Notes: generated from the sequence alone by a model not told the origin. A stretch of DNA of 64,000 bases from Bacteroidota bacterium (GCA_043787975.1 JAYVUK010000001.1:38347-102346), one strand, 5' to 3'. Positions 37,802 to 48,455 are shown, counted from the first letter of the stretch. Program-made: numbers and translations.

Positions 37802-37942
37802 ATGGAACATACAAACGATCATTCAGCAGAAAAGTCCGGATTATTTTATACCTATCTCGGTGAAGGTGGAAGCGCTGTAGTCGCCTTCCTTTATTTCCTG
37901 ATCCTGTTGGGTTGCCTGTATACTTTTTTAAGGTGGGGTTGA
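37802..37942 (+). CDS. Putative 46-aa single-pass membrane small protein (not in ORF track)
   Basis: MEHTNDHSAEKSGLFYTYLGEGGSAVVAFLYFLILLGCLYTFLRWG*; A-rich leader and CATATTTG (-7-like) upstream. Confidence 0.55.
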   Translation: MEHTNDHSAEKSGLFYTYLGEGGSAVVAFLYFLILLGCLYTFLRWG

Positions 37943-38088
37943 TTTTACTCCCTGTTGATTTCCTTTTTTTATCCCTTCGCGTTTCCGTATGTTGGAGTAA
38001 AGGTGAATTATAAATCACGCACCTGTTTTTTTGATTATTGCTTTCCTTTTTTCTTATATTTGAGACTGAAACAATCATCTTCAAACGG

Positions 38089-41000
38089 ATGTTTATAAAA
38101 AAGGGGTGCCTCTTTTTTTTTCTGTTATTTTTTTTGGTGACACTCAAGTCGCAGGCGACTCATATTGTAGGTGGTGAACTTAATTACACATACCTTGGCA
38201 GTAATAACTACGAGATAAGGCTTGTTGTTTACCGTGATTGTTTTGGTGGAGGTCCGGCATTTGACAACCCTGCTTCCATTGGAATTTTTAATTCCGGCAA
38301 TTTTTTGATTGATGAATTGCAGGTATTCATTACGACAGAAGCGAATATTCCCAACTTTATTAATTCGCCTTGTTTACAACCACCGAATGATATTTGTTAT
38401 GAATATGCTGAGTACATTACAACGGTTAATCTTCCTCCGATTCCGGGTGGGTACCAACTTGCTTACCAGAGATGCTGCCGCAATAGTTCGGTGGCCAATA
38501 TCTTTGATGTATCAAATGTAGGGGCCACTTATTATGCAACCATACCGGATCCGGCGATTGCGGCATTTAACAGCAATCCCCAGTTTATCAATGAGCCTCC
38601 TACCTTTATTTGTTTAGACGCCCCATTTCATTTTGATCATTCAGCAATTGATTCCGATGGGGATTCATTGGTATATGAATTATGTATACCATTAGCAGGC
38701 GGAGGTTCCGGATTCGGGCAGGCAATGCCTCAACCACCCAATCCTCCTCCGTATAACACGATCACTTACCAGGCGCCTTATAGTTTGGGTAATATTATGG
38801 GTGGAGTTCCTATGATGATTGATCCTGTAACAGGAATGTTGACGGCCACTCCGAATTCATTGGGTCAGTTTGGATATGAAGTATGTGTGAGTGAATACAG
38901 GAATGGAGTTTTTCTTGGTCAAACAAGGAGAGATTACCAGGTGAATGTGGTGCCTTGTCCGAACATCACAGTTGCTTCTATCTTCTCACCGACACTTGTT
39001 TGCGGGACACTGCAGGCAAATTTCATTAACAATAGTTTTAATGCTTCTACATACAATTGGGATTTTGGCGATCCCACAAATACCGGTGATTCATCCACGC
39101 TGTCGAACCCATCTTATACCTATCCGGATACCGGTATATATCATGCAATGTTAATTGCTCATTCACCCGTCAATCCTTTGTGCACCGATACTGCCTACTC
39201 CGAGGTTCGCGTTTTTCCGGCATTCTTTACTGAGTTTCAAAGTACCAATGAGCATTGTTCCAATGTTTTTAATTTTTATGATGAATCTTACGGACTACAT
39301 GCTCCTGCTAATTTCTGGCAATGGAATTTTGGAGACGGAAATTTTTCTTCACTTCAAAATGCAAGTCACTCCTACACTTCCGGCGGTCTTTACAATGTGA
39401 CATTTATTTCTTCCGCGGATTCGGGTTGCACGGATACTATTTCAATCGCTGTTCGTGTCCTGGATGTTCCGGTGATTTCGTTTTCGTCAACGATTGATAC
39501 CTGCCTTCTGCAACTCACGCTGGTTGACCATACGATCTTTGCAAACAATTACGCATGGAGTTTCGGTGACGGATTTTTTTCTGCTTCAGCAAACGCTACT
39601 CATACATACAACGCAGCGAGTTCTTATACCATCGATTTGATTGCCGTTTCAGATTCCGGTTGTTCAGACACATCACAGGTTGCTATCTCGTTACCGCCAT
39701 TACCAGTTGCATCGTTTGTGTATCAACACAATCTTTGTGACTCGATGGTAACTTTCTTTGACAATTCCAGCAATGCAATTTTATATGATTGGGATTTTGG
39801 CGACGGAAATCTAAGTAACAACATCAACGCTGTTCATTATTATGAAACTTCGGGAACTTATTTCCCTTCCTTGATTGTCAGTTCAGGACATTGCAGTGAT
39901 ACACTTATACAAACGGTCACGATCAATCCGATTCCTCATGCATCCTTTACACATCCTTTTATTTGCGGATTGACGGGAGATTTTATGGACCAAAGTATGG
40001 ATGTAGATTTCTACAACTGGAATTTTGGTGACGGATTTTTTTCGACGAATCAAAATCCTTCCCATAATTATCCAAGTCCCGGTTATTACGATGTGACTTT
40101 AATTGTTTCTACCCAGGCCGGATGTGCTGATTCAACCGTTCAACAAATCAGGATGTATCCAATCGTTACTGCAAATTTTACATCGTTCATTGTTCCTTGC
40201 AATGCGACTGTGCGCTTTGAAAATAATTCGGTGAACAGTCAATTGTATGATTGGAATTTTGGTGACAGCACCGGCACGATGTCATCCAATTCAAATCTTG
40301 TTCATGTCTACCAGGAAGCAGGAAACTATACGACTACGCTCATTGCAAACCCAGGAGTTTGCGCGGATACAATAACAAAAAGTTACAGGGTAACGATAGC
40401 TCCTGTTGCTGCTTTTGTTACTCCTGAAGAATGCGGATTGACTGCTCATTTCCTGAATCAAAGCAGGGACAATAGTTTTAATCATTGGAACTTCGGTGAT
40501 AGTTTCTCAAGTACAGCAATAAGTCCTGAGCATACATTTGTTGCAGAAGCAACCTATCCTGTTACACTTGTTGTAGAAAATAACGATGCCTGCAAAGACA
40601 GTTCGTTCAATCGAGTCACGGTTCGTTTTCCGGCCATCGCTGCGTTTAATGATTTCACAGATACATGCGAAGAAAGTTTAAATCTCTTTAACAAGTCACA
40701 GCGCTCTACGAATTATTTATGGGATTTCGGAGACGGTACACAATCCGATAAGCTAAATGCTACGCATCAATATTATAGTTCCGGACTTTACAACGTCATG
40801 TTGATTGCAGATCCGAATACGGTTTGCGCTGATACAATGAACAAAACTATTTTCGCTTTCGGAGCTGTTGAATCTCATCTTTACATTCCCAATGCGTTCA
40901 CACCAAACAGTGACGGGAAAAATGACGGGTTTTTTATTTCAGGATACAACAAATGTTTATTCTATCACCTGGAAATCTTTAGCCGTTGGGGAGAGAAGTT

Positions 41001-41133
41001 GTATGAGTCAAATGATATTTCAAAATCCTGGGATGGCTACTATCATGGCAATCCTCTTGAAGCAGGAGTGTATGTTTACTACCTGACGGGAGGCGGAAAT
41101 GAGTTGATGGGTCACGTGACCGTTTTAAGATAA
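38089..41133 (+). CDS. PKD-repeat surface protein with T9SS type B (gliding motility-associated) CTD, paralog 1
   Basis: ATHIVGGE..YRDC..YQRCCRN N-domain; 8 WxFGD PKD repeats; YIPNAFTPNSDGKND..RWGE..WDG..GHVTVLR. Confidence 0.9.
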   Translation: MFIKKGCLFFFLLFFLVTLKSQATHIVGGELNYTYLGSNNYEIRLVVYRDCFGGGPAFDNPASIGIFNSGNFLIDELQVFITTEANIPNFINSPCLQPPNDICYEYAEYITTVNLPPIPGGYQLAYQRCCRNSSVANIFDVSNVGATYYATIPDPAIAAFNSNPQFINEPPTFICLDAPFHFDHSAIDSDGDSLVYELCIPLAGGGSGFGQAMPQPPNPPPYNTITYQAPYSLGNIMGGVPMMIDPVTGMLTATPNSLGQFGYEVCVSEYRNGVFLGQTRRDYQVNVVPCPNITVASIFSPTLVCGTLQANFINNSFNASTYNWDFGDPTNTGDSSTLSNPSYTYPDTGIYHAMLIAHSPVNPLCTDTAYSEVRVFPAFFTEFQSTNEHCSNVFNFYDESYGLHAPANFWQWNFGDGNFSSLQNASHSYTSGGLYNVTFISSADSGCTDTISIAVRVLDVPVISFSSTIDTCLLQLTLVDHTIFANNYAWSFGDGFFSASANATHTYNAASSYTIDLIAVSDSGCSDTSQVAISLPPLPVASFVYQHNLCDSMVTFFDNSSNAILYDWDFGDGNLSNNINAVHYYETSGTYFPSLIVSSGHCSDTLIQTVTINPIPHASFTHPFICGLTGDFMDQSMDVDFYNWNFGDGFFSTNQNPSHNYPSPGYYDVTLIVSTQAGCADSTVQQIRMYPIVTANFTSFIVPCNATVRFENNSVNSQLYDWNFGDSTGTMSSNSNLVHVYQEAGNYTTTLIANPGVCADTITKSYRVTIAPVAAFVTPEECGLTAHFLNQSRDNSFNHWNFGDSFSSTAISPEHTFVAEATYPVTLVVENNDACKDSSFNRVTVRFPAIAAFNDFTDTCEESLNLFNKSQRSTNYLWDFGDGTQSDKLNATHQYYSSGLYNVMLIADPNTVCADTMNKTIFAFGAVESHLYIPNAFTPNSDGKNDGFFISGYNKCLFYHLEIFSRWGEKLYESNDISKSWDGYYHGNPLEAGVYVYYLTGGGNELMGHVTVLR

Positions 41134-41326
41134 TTTTTTTAAATAATCTTCGCTCACGTTTTCCGTAAATCATTTTAATAATTCCTGTTCATCTGCAGAT
41201 TGCTTTTTGCATTCCCTAAATTTTGTGATATGTTGGAATAAACATGAATTAGTAAGGTGAAAAACGGTTTGGATGATTTTCGCCTCTGATTTTTGTTATA
41301 TTTGAAACTGAAATAATCATTTGGGA

Positions 41327-44300
41327 ATGATGCTTATAAAGAGAAGCTGCCTTTTTTTATTTTTTCTTTCCTTATTCACAACTTCTGAGTTGAAGGCAAC
41401 TCATATTGTGGGTGGGGAACTTAACTATACATACTTAGGCGGAAATAATTACCAGATACGTCTTATCGTTTACCGCGATTGTACTTTCGGGATTGCATTT
41501 GATGACACGGCTCACGTAGGATTTTTCAATTCCGCCAATATGCTGGTTGATAGCCTGTACATGGACACTACAAGTGGAGCTTCGAGAATCATTGGTCCTA
41601 TTCCTAATTTTATTAACTCTCCTTGTATTATTCCTCCAAGCAATATCTGTTATGAATATTGCATATACACTGATACGATTAATCTTCCCCCGATTCCGGG
41701 TGGTTACCAGGTTGTTTACCAGCGATGTTGCCGGAATTTCTCTATCGTTAATCTTACTAACCCCTTGACTGTCGGATCAACCGATTATGCTACGATCCCG
41801 GATACATCAATCGTTTCTTTTGACAGCAATCCAAGGTTTACAAATTTACCACCCAATTATATTTGTGTGAATGAACCGTTGATTTTTGATCATTCCGCAA
41901 CCGATGCCGATGGTGATTCCCTGGTGTATGAATTATGTACACCGCTTGACGGAGCTACGCCAATGACTCCTGAACCTCATCCACCCAATTCACCTCCATA
42001 TACACCAGTAACTTTTCAACTTCCTTACAATTTAGGAAATGTTCTTGGGGGAGTTCCTATGACGATTAATTCCGCAACAGGATTGTTGACTGCAACTCCG
42101 AATGCAACGGGACAATTTGTATATGGTGTTTGTGTGAATGAATATCGTAACGGAGTTCTCATCGGTAGAACCAGCAGGGATTTCCAGGTGAATGTGGTTC
42201 CATGTCAGAACATCACCGTGGCATCTCTTTTTGCCCCGGCTTTTGTTTGCGGAACTAATCAGGCGACTTTTATCAATACTAGTTCAGGAGCGTCATCTTA
42301 TAATTGGAATTTTGGAGACACGACCACACTCGGTGATACGTCTATCCAGTTTAGCCCTTCATATACGTATCCTGATTCAGGAACGTACCATGTGATGCTG
42401 ATCGCACATTCTCCGGTTAATCCGATATGCGCCGATACTACATACGGAAATGTACATGTCTTTCCTTCTTTCTACAGTGCTCTTAATATGACGAATCAAC
42501 ATTGTTCCAGCGTATTTAATTTTTATGATGCCTCGTTTGGAGTCAGTGCGCCGGCAGATTACTGGCATTGGGATTTCGGAGATGGAATTTTTTCTGCGAA
42601 TCAAAATCCTGTTCATTCCTATTCGGCAGCCGGTACTTACAATGTTACATTCATTTCATCTGCCGATTCAGGATGCACGGATACCGTTTCGATGATCGTC
42701 CATGTGCTGGATGTGCCCGTCAGTTCATTCTCATCTATTATTGATACCTGTCTTTTACAAATTACGTTAGCGGATAGTAGCTCGTTCACCAGTATGCATC
42801 AATGGAGTTTCGGTGACGGATATTATTCGGGCTTAGCAACAGTTTCACATACCTATCTTTCGGATGGTACGTATCACATTGATTTGGTTGCCATGTCCGA
42901 TTCAGGATGTTCAGACACATCCAATCTGACAATCTTATTACCACCTCTTCCCGTCGCTTCTTATTTTTATCAGCATCCTTTATGCGATTCAGTCGTATCG
43001 TACTTCAGCAATTCTCACGATGCAATTCAATACAGTTGGGATTTCGGAGACGGAAATTCAGCGATCACTCCCAATGTCATTCACACCTATAGTAATCCCG
43101 GAACATACGTGTCTACTCTCGTTGTAAATTCTGCTTATTGCAGTGATACGATATCTCATCCTGTAACGATTGATACCATACCTGAGGCAGCATTCAAACA
43201 TCCTTTTGTTTGCGGACTGGCCAATGATTTTATCGATTCAAGTAGGAGTGCAATTTATTACGATTGGAACTTTGGTGATGGCAACTTGTCAACCATTCAA
43301 AATCCGACGCACAATTATCTCAATCCCGGAGTTTACAATGTAACGCTTGTCGTAACAACGGAAGTTGGTTGCACCGATTCAACCGCTCAGACCATCACAG
43401 TCTACCCGACGACGATTGCTGCCTTTGCGCCACAGGTTACTCCATGCAATTCGTATGTGACTTTTATGAACAGTTCGACGAACGGACAATTGTTCAACTG
43501 GAATTTCGGAGACAGCACCAGTGCAATTTCACCCGTTATAAATCCACCGCATATTTATCATCATGCAGGCAACTATACGGTAACGTTGATTTCAAATCCC
43601 GGAGTATGCGCAGACTCTACTTCAAGAAATCTAATGATTAGCGTTCCTCCTGAAGCTTCTTTTATTCATCCGGATGAGTGTGGGTTAACAGCGCACTTTA
43701 CCAATCAAAGCACTGACAACATTTTTAATAATTGGAATTTCGGCGATGGTATAACAAGTAATAGCCTCAGCCCTTCACATGCATACTCAGTCGGTGGTAC
43801 GTATCCTGTTACGCTTGTTGTTGTCAACAATGATTTATGCAGTGACACAGCAGCATCTTCATTAAGGGTACAATTGCCTTCCATTGCGCAATTTTATAAT
43901 TACATTGATACCTGTGAACAAAATGTAAAGCTGATCAATCAATCGCAACTGGCGAGTTCTTACCTGTGGGATTTCGGAGACGGAACATCATCAACGGAAG
44001 TAAATGTGATACATCAATACAGCAGTTCCGGACTTTACAATGTCATGTTGATTGCCGAACCGAATTCAGCATGCCCGGATACGATGGTGAAACCTGTTTC
44101 TGCTTTCAGGCCTGAAACATCCGGTCTTTATATTCCAAATGCATTTACACCCAATGGAGATGGCAAAAATGACGGGTTTTCAATTACGGGATACAACCGA
44201 TGTTTATTCTATCACCTGACGATCTTCAACCGTTGGGGAGAAAAGATATTTGAGTCGGATGACATTTCAAAACCATGGGATGGCTACAGCAATGAAAGCC

Positions 44301-44380
44301 CTGTCCAGGAAGGAGTGTACGTTTACCTGTTGTCAGGGGGAGGAAAAGAACTGCTGGGACACGTCACTGTTTTAAAATAA
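41327..44380 (+). CDS. PKD-repeat surface protein with T9SS type B CTD, paralog 2
   Basis: Colinear with paralog 1: same N-domain, 8 WxFGD repeats, YIPNAFTPNGDGKND..GHVTVLK. Confidence 0.9.
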   Translation: MMLIKRSCLFLFFLSLFTTSELKATHIVGGELNYTYLGGNNYQIRLIVYRDCTFGIAFDDTAHVGFFNSANMLVDSLYMDTTSGASRIIGPIPNFINSPCIIPPSNICYEYCIYTDTINLPPIPGGYQVVYQRCCRNFSIVNLTNPLTVGSTDYATIPDTSIVSFDSNPRFTNLPPNYICVNEPLIFDHSATDADGDSLVYELCTPLDGATPMTPEPHPPNSPPYTPVTFQLPYNLGNVLGGVPMTINSATGLLTATPNATGQFVYGVCVNEYRNGVLIGRTSRDFQVNVVPCQNITVASLFAPAFVCGTNQATFINTSSGASSYNWNFGDTTTLGDTSIQFSPSYTYPDSGTYHVMLIAHSPVNPICADTTYGNVHVFPSFYSALNMTNQHCSSVFNFYDASFGVSAPADYWHWDFGDGIFSANQNPVHSYSAAGTYNVTFISSADSGCTDTVSMIVHVLDVPVSSFSSIIDTCLLQITLADSSSFTSMHQWSFGDGYYSGLATVSHTYLSDGTYHIDLVAMSDSGCSDTSNLTILLPPLPVASYFYQHPLCDSVVSYFSNSHDAIQYSWDFGDGNSAITPNVIHTYSNPGTYVSTLVVNSAYCSDTISHPVTIDTIPEAAFKHPFVCGLANDFIDSSRSAIYYDWNFGDGNLSTIQNPTHNYLNPGVYNVTLVVTTEVGCTDSTAQTITVYPTTIAAFAPQVTPCNSYVTFMNSSTNGQLFNWNFGDSTSAISPVINPPHIYHHAGNYTVTLISNPGVCADSTSRNLMISVPPEASFIHPDECGLTAHFTNQSTDNIFNNWNFGDGITSNSLSPSHAYSVGGTYPVTLVVVNNDLCSDTAASSLRVQLPSIAQFYNYIDTCEQNVKLINQSQLASSYLWDFGDGTSSTEVNVIHQYSSSGLYNVMLIAEPNSACPDTMVKPVSAFRPETSGLYIPNAFTPNGDGKNDGFSITGYNRCLFYHLTIFNRWGEKIFESDDISKPWDGYSNESPVQEGVYVYLLSGGGKELLGHVTVLK

Positions 44381-44383
44381 TTT

Positions 44384-44746
44384 TCAGACGGCCATTGCTA
44401 CAATGTAATTTTCTTCTGCCGATTGAAACGGAGTGCTGATTTCCCGTGCTTCCAGTTTTTCAAACAAGTGTTCAATAAATTCCTGCTCATTCACAGGGTC
44501 GTGATAGATGTTCCCGAAAATGTTTGACATCGTGCTGGAGATAACCGCAATGCTGACAGAAAATTTTTCGGAAGAAAAATTTAAATCCAGCAGCGAGGAC
44601 AACGAACTGAATGTTTCCCCTTTTACGGCACTGATTATTCCTCTTTTAAAATCGGCATGTTGAACGTGGTAATTCATTTTCCGGAGTACATTATCGCAAT
44701 AGCTGAATACGATGGGCATACTGTAATTGTAGAGATGTATTTTCAT
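44384..44746 (-). CDS. Hypothetical protein
   Basis: 120-aa ORF with ATG start that fills the gap between PKD paralog 2 and mltG; no recognised motif. Confidence 0.6.
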   Translation of the reverse strand: MKIHLYNYSMPIVFSYCDNVLRKMNYHVQHADFKRGIISAVKGETFSSLSSLLDLNFSSEKFSVSIAVISSTMSNIFGNIYHDPVNEQEFIEHLFEKLEAREISTPFQSAEENYIVAMAV

Positions 44747-44875
44747 GGTTCAGTTTTTTACAAAATAAATTCCGGCGTGTTTCGTAGCGATTAACCAGAT
44801 GTTAATGAATCGTGATTTTATTTTTATTTCAATGAGTCGATTCCATTACTTTCGCACCTGATTTAGTAAACCGTT

Positions 44876-45934
44876 ATGCCGAAAAGAAAAAAGGGAAGCA
44901 TGCTTAAGAAGATCGTTTGGTCAATTGTACTGGTGCTTGTATTGGTGGCAGGAACCGGAGGTTTTTTGCTTTACAAGGAGTTCCTGAAACCGAATGTTCA
45001 GCTGGTAAAACCAAAGCAACCGTATCTGTATATCCCCACAGGTTCAACTTTTGAAGATGTTGTAAAGATACTTACGCAACAGAATTTATTGCTCAATGAA
45101 AAGACGTTCCGATGGACTGCTGAGCGAATGAAATATACCACCGGCATAAAACCCGGAAAGTATTTACTGAAGCCGAAAATGAATAATAAGGAATTGATCA
45201 CCTTGCTTCGGTTAGGAGAACAAACTCCTGTGCTCGTAATTTTTAACAACATCCGGACGAAAGACCAGCTTGCGCAAAAAGTTGCTGAACAAATTGAAGC
45301 TCCTTCATCAGCGATTTTAAATTTGCTGAATGATCGCGATTACGCAAGGCAACTGGGATTCACTCCCGAAAATATTCTTTCGTTATTCATTCCGGATACC
45401 TATGAATTTTATTGGAACACGTCTGCTGATCGATTCATCAAACGGATGAAAACGGAATACAATAAATTCTGGACGGACAGCATGAGACAAGCTGCAAAAA
45501 ATATTGGTTTTAAACCGACTGAAGTTTCTGTTCTCGCTTCCATTGTTCAGCAGGAAACGAATAAAGCAGATGAAAAAAGTTTGATTGCCGGAGTGTACAT
45601 TAACCGTTACCATAAAGGATGGAGACTCGAGGCCGATCCGACTCTTGTTTTTGCCTTGGGAGATTATTCAGTGAACCGTGTACTGAATGCTTACAAGCAA
45701 ATTGATTCTCCTTACAACACATACATGTACGGAGGTTTGCCGCCCGGACCCATTTGTCTGCCTACCATCGCGTCTCTGAAAGCTGTTCTGAACTATACGA
45801 AACACAATTACATGTACTTTTGTGCACGCGATGATTTCTCCGGGCATCATAGTTTTGCAGCCACGTACGACCAGCATTTGGCAAATGCTCATCGGTTTCA
45901 AAAAGCGTTGAATAAGCGCGGAATAAAATCCTGA
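44876..45934 (+). CDS. mltG: Endolytic transglycosylase MltG
   Basis: N-terminal TM, PDTYEF, LASIVQQET, LEADPT, SPYNTY..GLPPGPI. Confidence 0.93.
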   Translation: MPKRKKGSMLKKIVWSIVLVLVLVAGTGGFLLYKEFLKPNVQLVKPKQPYLYIPTGSTFEDVVKILTQQNLLLNEKTFRWTAERMKYTTGIKPGKYLLKPKMNNKELITLLRLGEQTPVLVIFNNIRTKDQLAQKVAEQIEAPSSAILNLLNDRDYARQLGFTPENILSLFIPDTYEFYWNTSADRFIKRMKTEYNKFWTDSMRQAAKNIGFKPTEVSVLASIVQQETNKADEKSLIAGVYINRYHKGWRLEADPTLVFALGDYSVNRVLNAYKQIDSPYNTYMYGGLPPGPICLPTIASLKAVLNYTKHNYMYFCARDDFSGHHSFAATYDQHLANAHRFQKALNKRGIKS

Positions 45935-46001
45935 TTTCAGTAAATGAGAAAGGAATTTTAATTTCGTTACCATGAATGAATAGTAACATCAAAATTTTCA
46001 C

Positions 46002-47414
46002 ATGCAAAAAATAAAATTCGGAACAGACGGATGGCGTGCCATCATTGCAAAAGATTTCACCGTTGAAAATGTAGCGCGTGTTGCAGAAGCAACGGCGGAT
46101 TGGCTTTTGAAGCAGAAAAAAAATCCTTCGGTAATAGTCGGGCACGACTGCCGTTTTGGAGGACAGCTGTTTGCTGAAACGGTTGCGAAAGTCATGGGAT
46201 CGAAAGGTGTGAAAATATTTTTTACCGAAGGGTTTGTTTCCACACCCATGATTTCTATGGGAACGCTTGTCAATAAATGTGATGTTGGAATTATCATCAC
46301 GGCTAGCCATAACCCTCCTGCATACAATGGTTTCAAGCTGAAGGGTTCGTATGGCGGACCACTTACTCCGTCAAAGGTGCAGGAGATTGAAGACATGATT
46401 CCTCCTAAATCAGCTGTTGATGTTGACAGGATTTATTTGAATGAGCTTGTTGAAAAAGGATTGATTGAGGTGATTGATCTCGAAACAGAATATGTGAGAC
46501 ACGTAGAAAAGAATTTTGATCTGGATACCATCCGTAATTCAAAAATGAATTTTGCGTACGATGCTATGTATGGATCAGGAATGAATGTGATGAAACGTTT
46601 GTTCCCCGATATCGTCAAGTTGCACTGCGACGACAACCCGGGTTTTCACGGACAGGCACCGGAACCGATTCACAAAAACTTGAAAGAGTTTTCTGAGCTG
46701 ATTAAGAAAGACGGGAAAATTGATTGCGGGCTTGTTACCGATGGTGATGCAGACCGTATCGGGCTGTATGATAACAAAGGAAATTTTATTGACTCACATC
46801 ATATCATTCTGCTGCTCATTCATTATCTCTACAAGTATAAAAATATGAGAGGTAAAGTTTGTACGGCTTTCAGCACCACTCCGAAAGTGGAGAAACTTTG
46901 CAAGCATTACGGACTGGAATGTGAAACAGTGAAAATCGGTTTCAAATACATTTGCGAGATTATGATTCACGAAGATGTGTTGTTGGGTGGAGAAGAGAGT
47001 GGAGGTATTGCGATTAAAGGACACATTCCTGAGCGTGATGGAATCTGGATGGGACTTGTGATTTGGGAATTTATGGCGAAGAGTGGAAAATCATTGACTG
47101 ACCTGATTAAAGAAGTATATGATATTGTCGGAGCATTTGCATTTGAACGCTCTGATCTGCATCTGAAAGAAGAAATTAAAAACAAAATTGTTGCGAACAC
47201 GGCGAAAGGAGCGTACAAAAACTTTGGTAAATATGTAGTGAAACGTACGGAAGATTTGGATGGCTATAAATATTTCTTTGATGACGAAAATAAGGAATGG
47301 CTTCTCATTCGTGCTTCGGGTACAGAACCTGTGTTACGCACCTATGCTGAATCTGCGACGGACGAAGGTGCTTTTGCCATTCTCAAAGCTGCTGAAGAAA
47401 CGTTATTGAATTAG
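46002..47414 (+). CDS. Phosphoglucomutase/phosphomannomutase
   Basis: FGTDGWR, TASHNP, DGDADR, GGEESGG, RASGTEP. Confidence 0.94.
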   Translation: MQKIKFGTDGWRAIIAKDFTVENVARVAEATADWLLKQKKNPSVIVGHDCRFGGQLFAETVAKVMGSKGVKIFFTEGFVSTPMISMGTLVNKCDVGIIITASHNPPAYNGFKLKGSYGGPLTPSKVQEIEDMIPPKSAVDVDRIYLNELVEKGLIEVIDLETEYVRHVEKNFDLDTIRNSKMNFAYDAMYGSGMNVMKRLFPDIVKLHCDDNPGFHGQAPEPIHKNLKEFSELIKKDGKIDCGLVTDGDADRIGLYDNKGNFIDSHHIILLLIHYLYKYKNMRGKVCTAFSTTPKVEKLCKHYGLECETVKIGFKYICEIMIHEDVLLGGEESGGIAIKGHIPERDGIWMGLVIWEFMAKSGKSLTDLIKEVYDIVGAFAFERSDLHLKEEIKNKIVANTAKGAYKNFGKYVVKRTEDLDGYKYFFDDENKEWLLIRASGTEPVLRTYAESATDEGAFAILKAAEETLLN

Positions 47415-47441
47415 TAATTTTCTAAACTAAGACCAAATATT

Positions 47442-48455
47442 TTGAAACCGCAAAGAGCGCTGAGTTGGCGCAGAGGTTCGCAGAGGAAAAAAAATGAAAA
47501 AGAATCTCGGCGATTTTCTCTGCGTTCTCTGCGAACTCAGCGGTTATTTTTTTTTCTTTTAGCCATGCTTTTTTTTCAGAACGTGTATGCTCAAAACGAT
47601 ACACTGAGATTTTTGGAATCTTCACCTGTATTGAATCATCATCGCATGAACCTGGTTAAGTACTCTGCCATCGGGTTGTATCCGGTAAGTATGTATTGGC
47701 TTTACAAACAGTGGTACAAAGATTATCCGCAATCATCCTTTCATTTTTTTAATGACGAAGGTGAGTGGCAGCAAATGGATAAATGCGGACACGTTCTTAC
47801 TTCATACACGGTTGGCAAGGCAGGATTCAAAGCATTGCAATGGGCGGGAGAGGAAAATAAAAAAGCAATTTGGTATGGAGCAGGAATTGGTTTTTTGTTC
47901 CAGGCAACGGTGGAGGTGTTCGATGGCTTTTCATCGCAGTGGGGATTTTCCGCAACGGATATTGCAGCAAACACATTGGGAACGGCCATCTTTATCAGTC
48001 AGCAACTTGCATGGAATGAACAACGGATTCAACTAAAATTTTCTTTTCATCAAAGCGACTATTCAAACTATCGTCCCAATGTGCTTGGATCCAATCTCGC
48101 GGAGAATATTTTGAAAGATTACAACGGTCAAACCTATTGGATTTCGGCAAATCCGTATTCATTCATGAACAAAGATTCAAAATTCCCGAAGTGCTTAAAT
48201 GTTGCTGTGGGTTACGGAGCGAATGGAATGATCGGAGGATATTCAAATCCTTCTGTTGTTGGTGATCAAACTGTTCCCCAGTTTGATCGTTATCGCCAAT
48301 ATTATTTATCACTTGATGTTGATCTTACGAAAATTCAGACACGCTCGAAATTTTTGAGCGCAGCATTTAAGCTGATCAATGTCATCAAACTTCCGGCTCC
48401 AGCCATTGAATTTAACAACGGTCACAAAACAAAATTCCATGCGCTCTATTTTTGA
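47442..48455 (+). CDS. DUF2279/YfiM family protein (start uncertain)
   Basis: FHFFND..W.QMDKCGH, EVFDGFS..WGFS..D..AN..G, LKDYNGQTYW, RQYYLSLDVD. Confidence 0.82.
   Translation: MKPQRALSWRRGSQRKKNEKESRRFSLRSLRTQRLFFFLLAMLFFQNVYAQNDTLRFLESSPVLNHHRMNLVKYSAIGLYPVSMYWLYKQWYKDYPQSSFHFFNDEGEWQQMDKCGHVLTSYTVGKAGFKALQWAGEENKKAIWYGAGIGFLFQATVEVFDGFSSQWGFSATDIAANTLGTAIFISQQLAWNEQRIQLKFSFHQSDYSNYRPNVLGSNLAENILKDYNGQTYWISANPYSFMNKDSKFPKCLNVAVGYGANGMIGGYSNPSVVGDQTVPQFDRYRQYYLSLDVDLTKIQTRSKFLSAAFKLINVIKLPAPAIEFNNGHKTKFHALYF
47446..47545. repeat. CGCAGAG/CTCTGCG inverted-arm repeat element
   Basis: AACCGCAAAG AGCGCTGAG ..GCGCAGAG ..CGCAGAG ... CTCGGCG..CTCTGCG TT CTCTGCG AA CTCAGCGGTT. Confidence 0.7.

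Noticed and set aside
37791-38147. 118-aa minus-strand ORF between bshC and the PKD gene
   Set aside because: Lys/Arg-rich read of T-rich DNA that overlaps the PKD gene start and a more plausible plus-strand sORF.
40770-44340. Near-identical DNA patches in the two PKD genes as DGR template/variable repeats
   Set aside because: They sit at equivalent positions of two colinear paralogs and the mismatches are not adenine-specific; ordinary duplication explains them.
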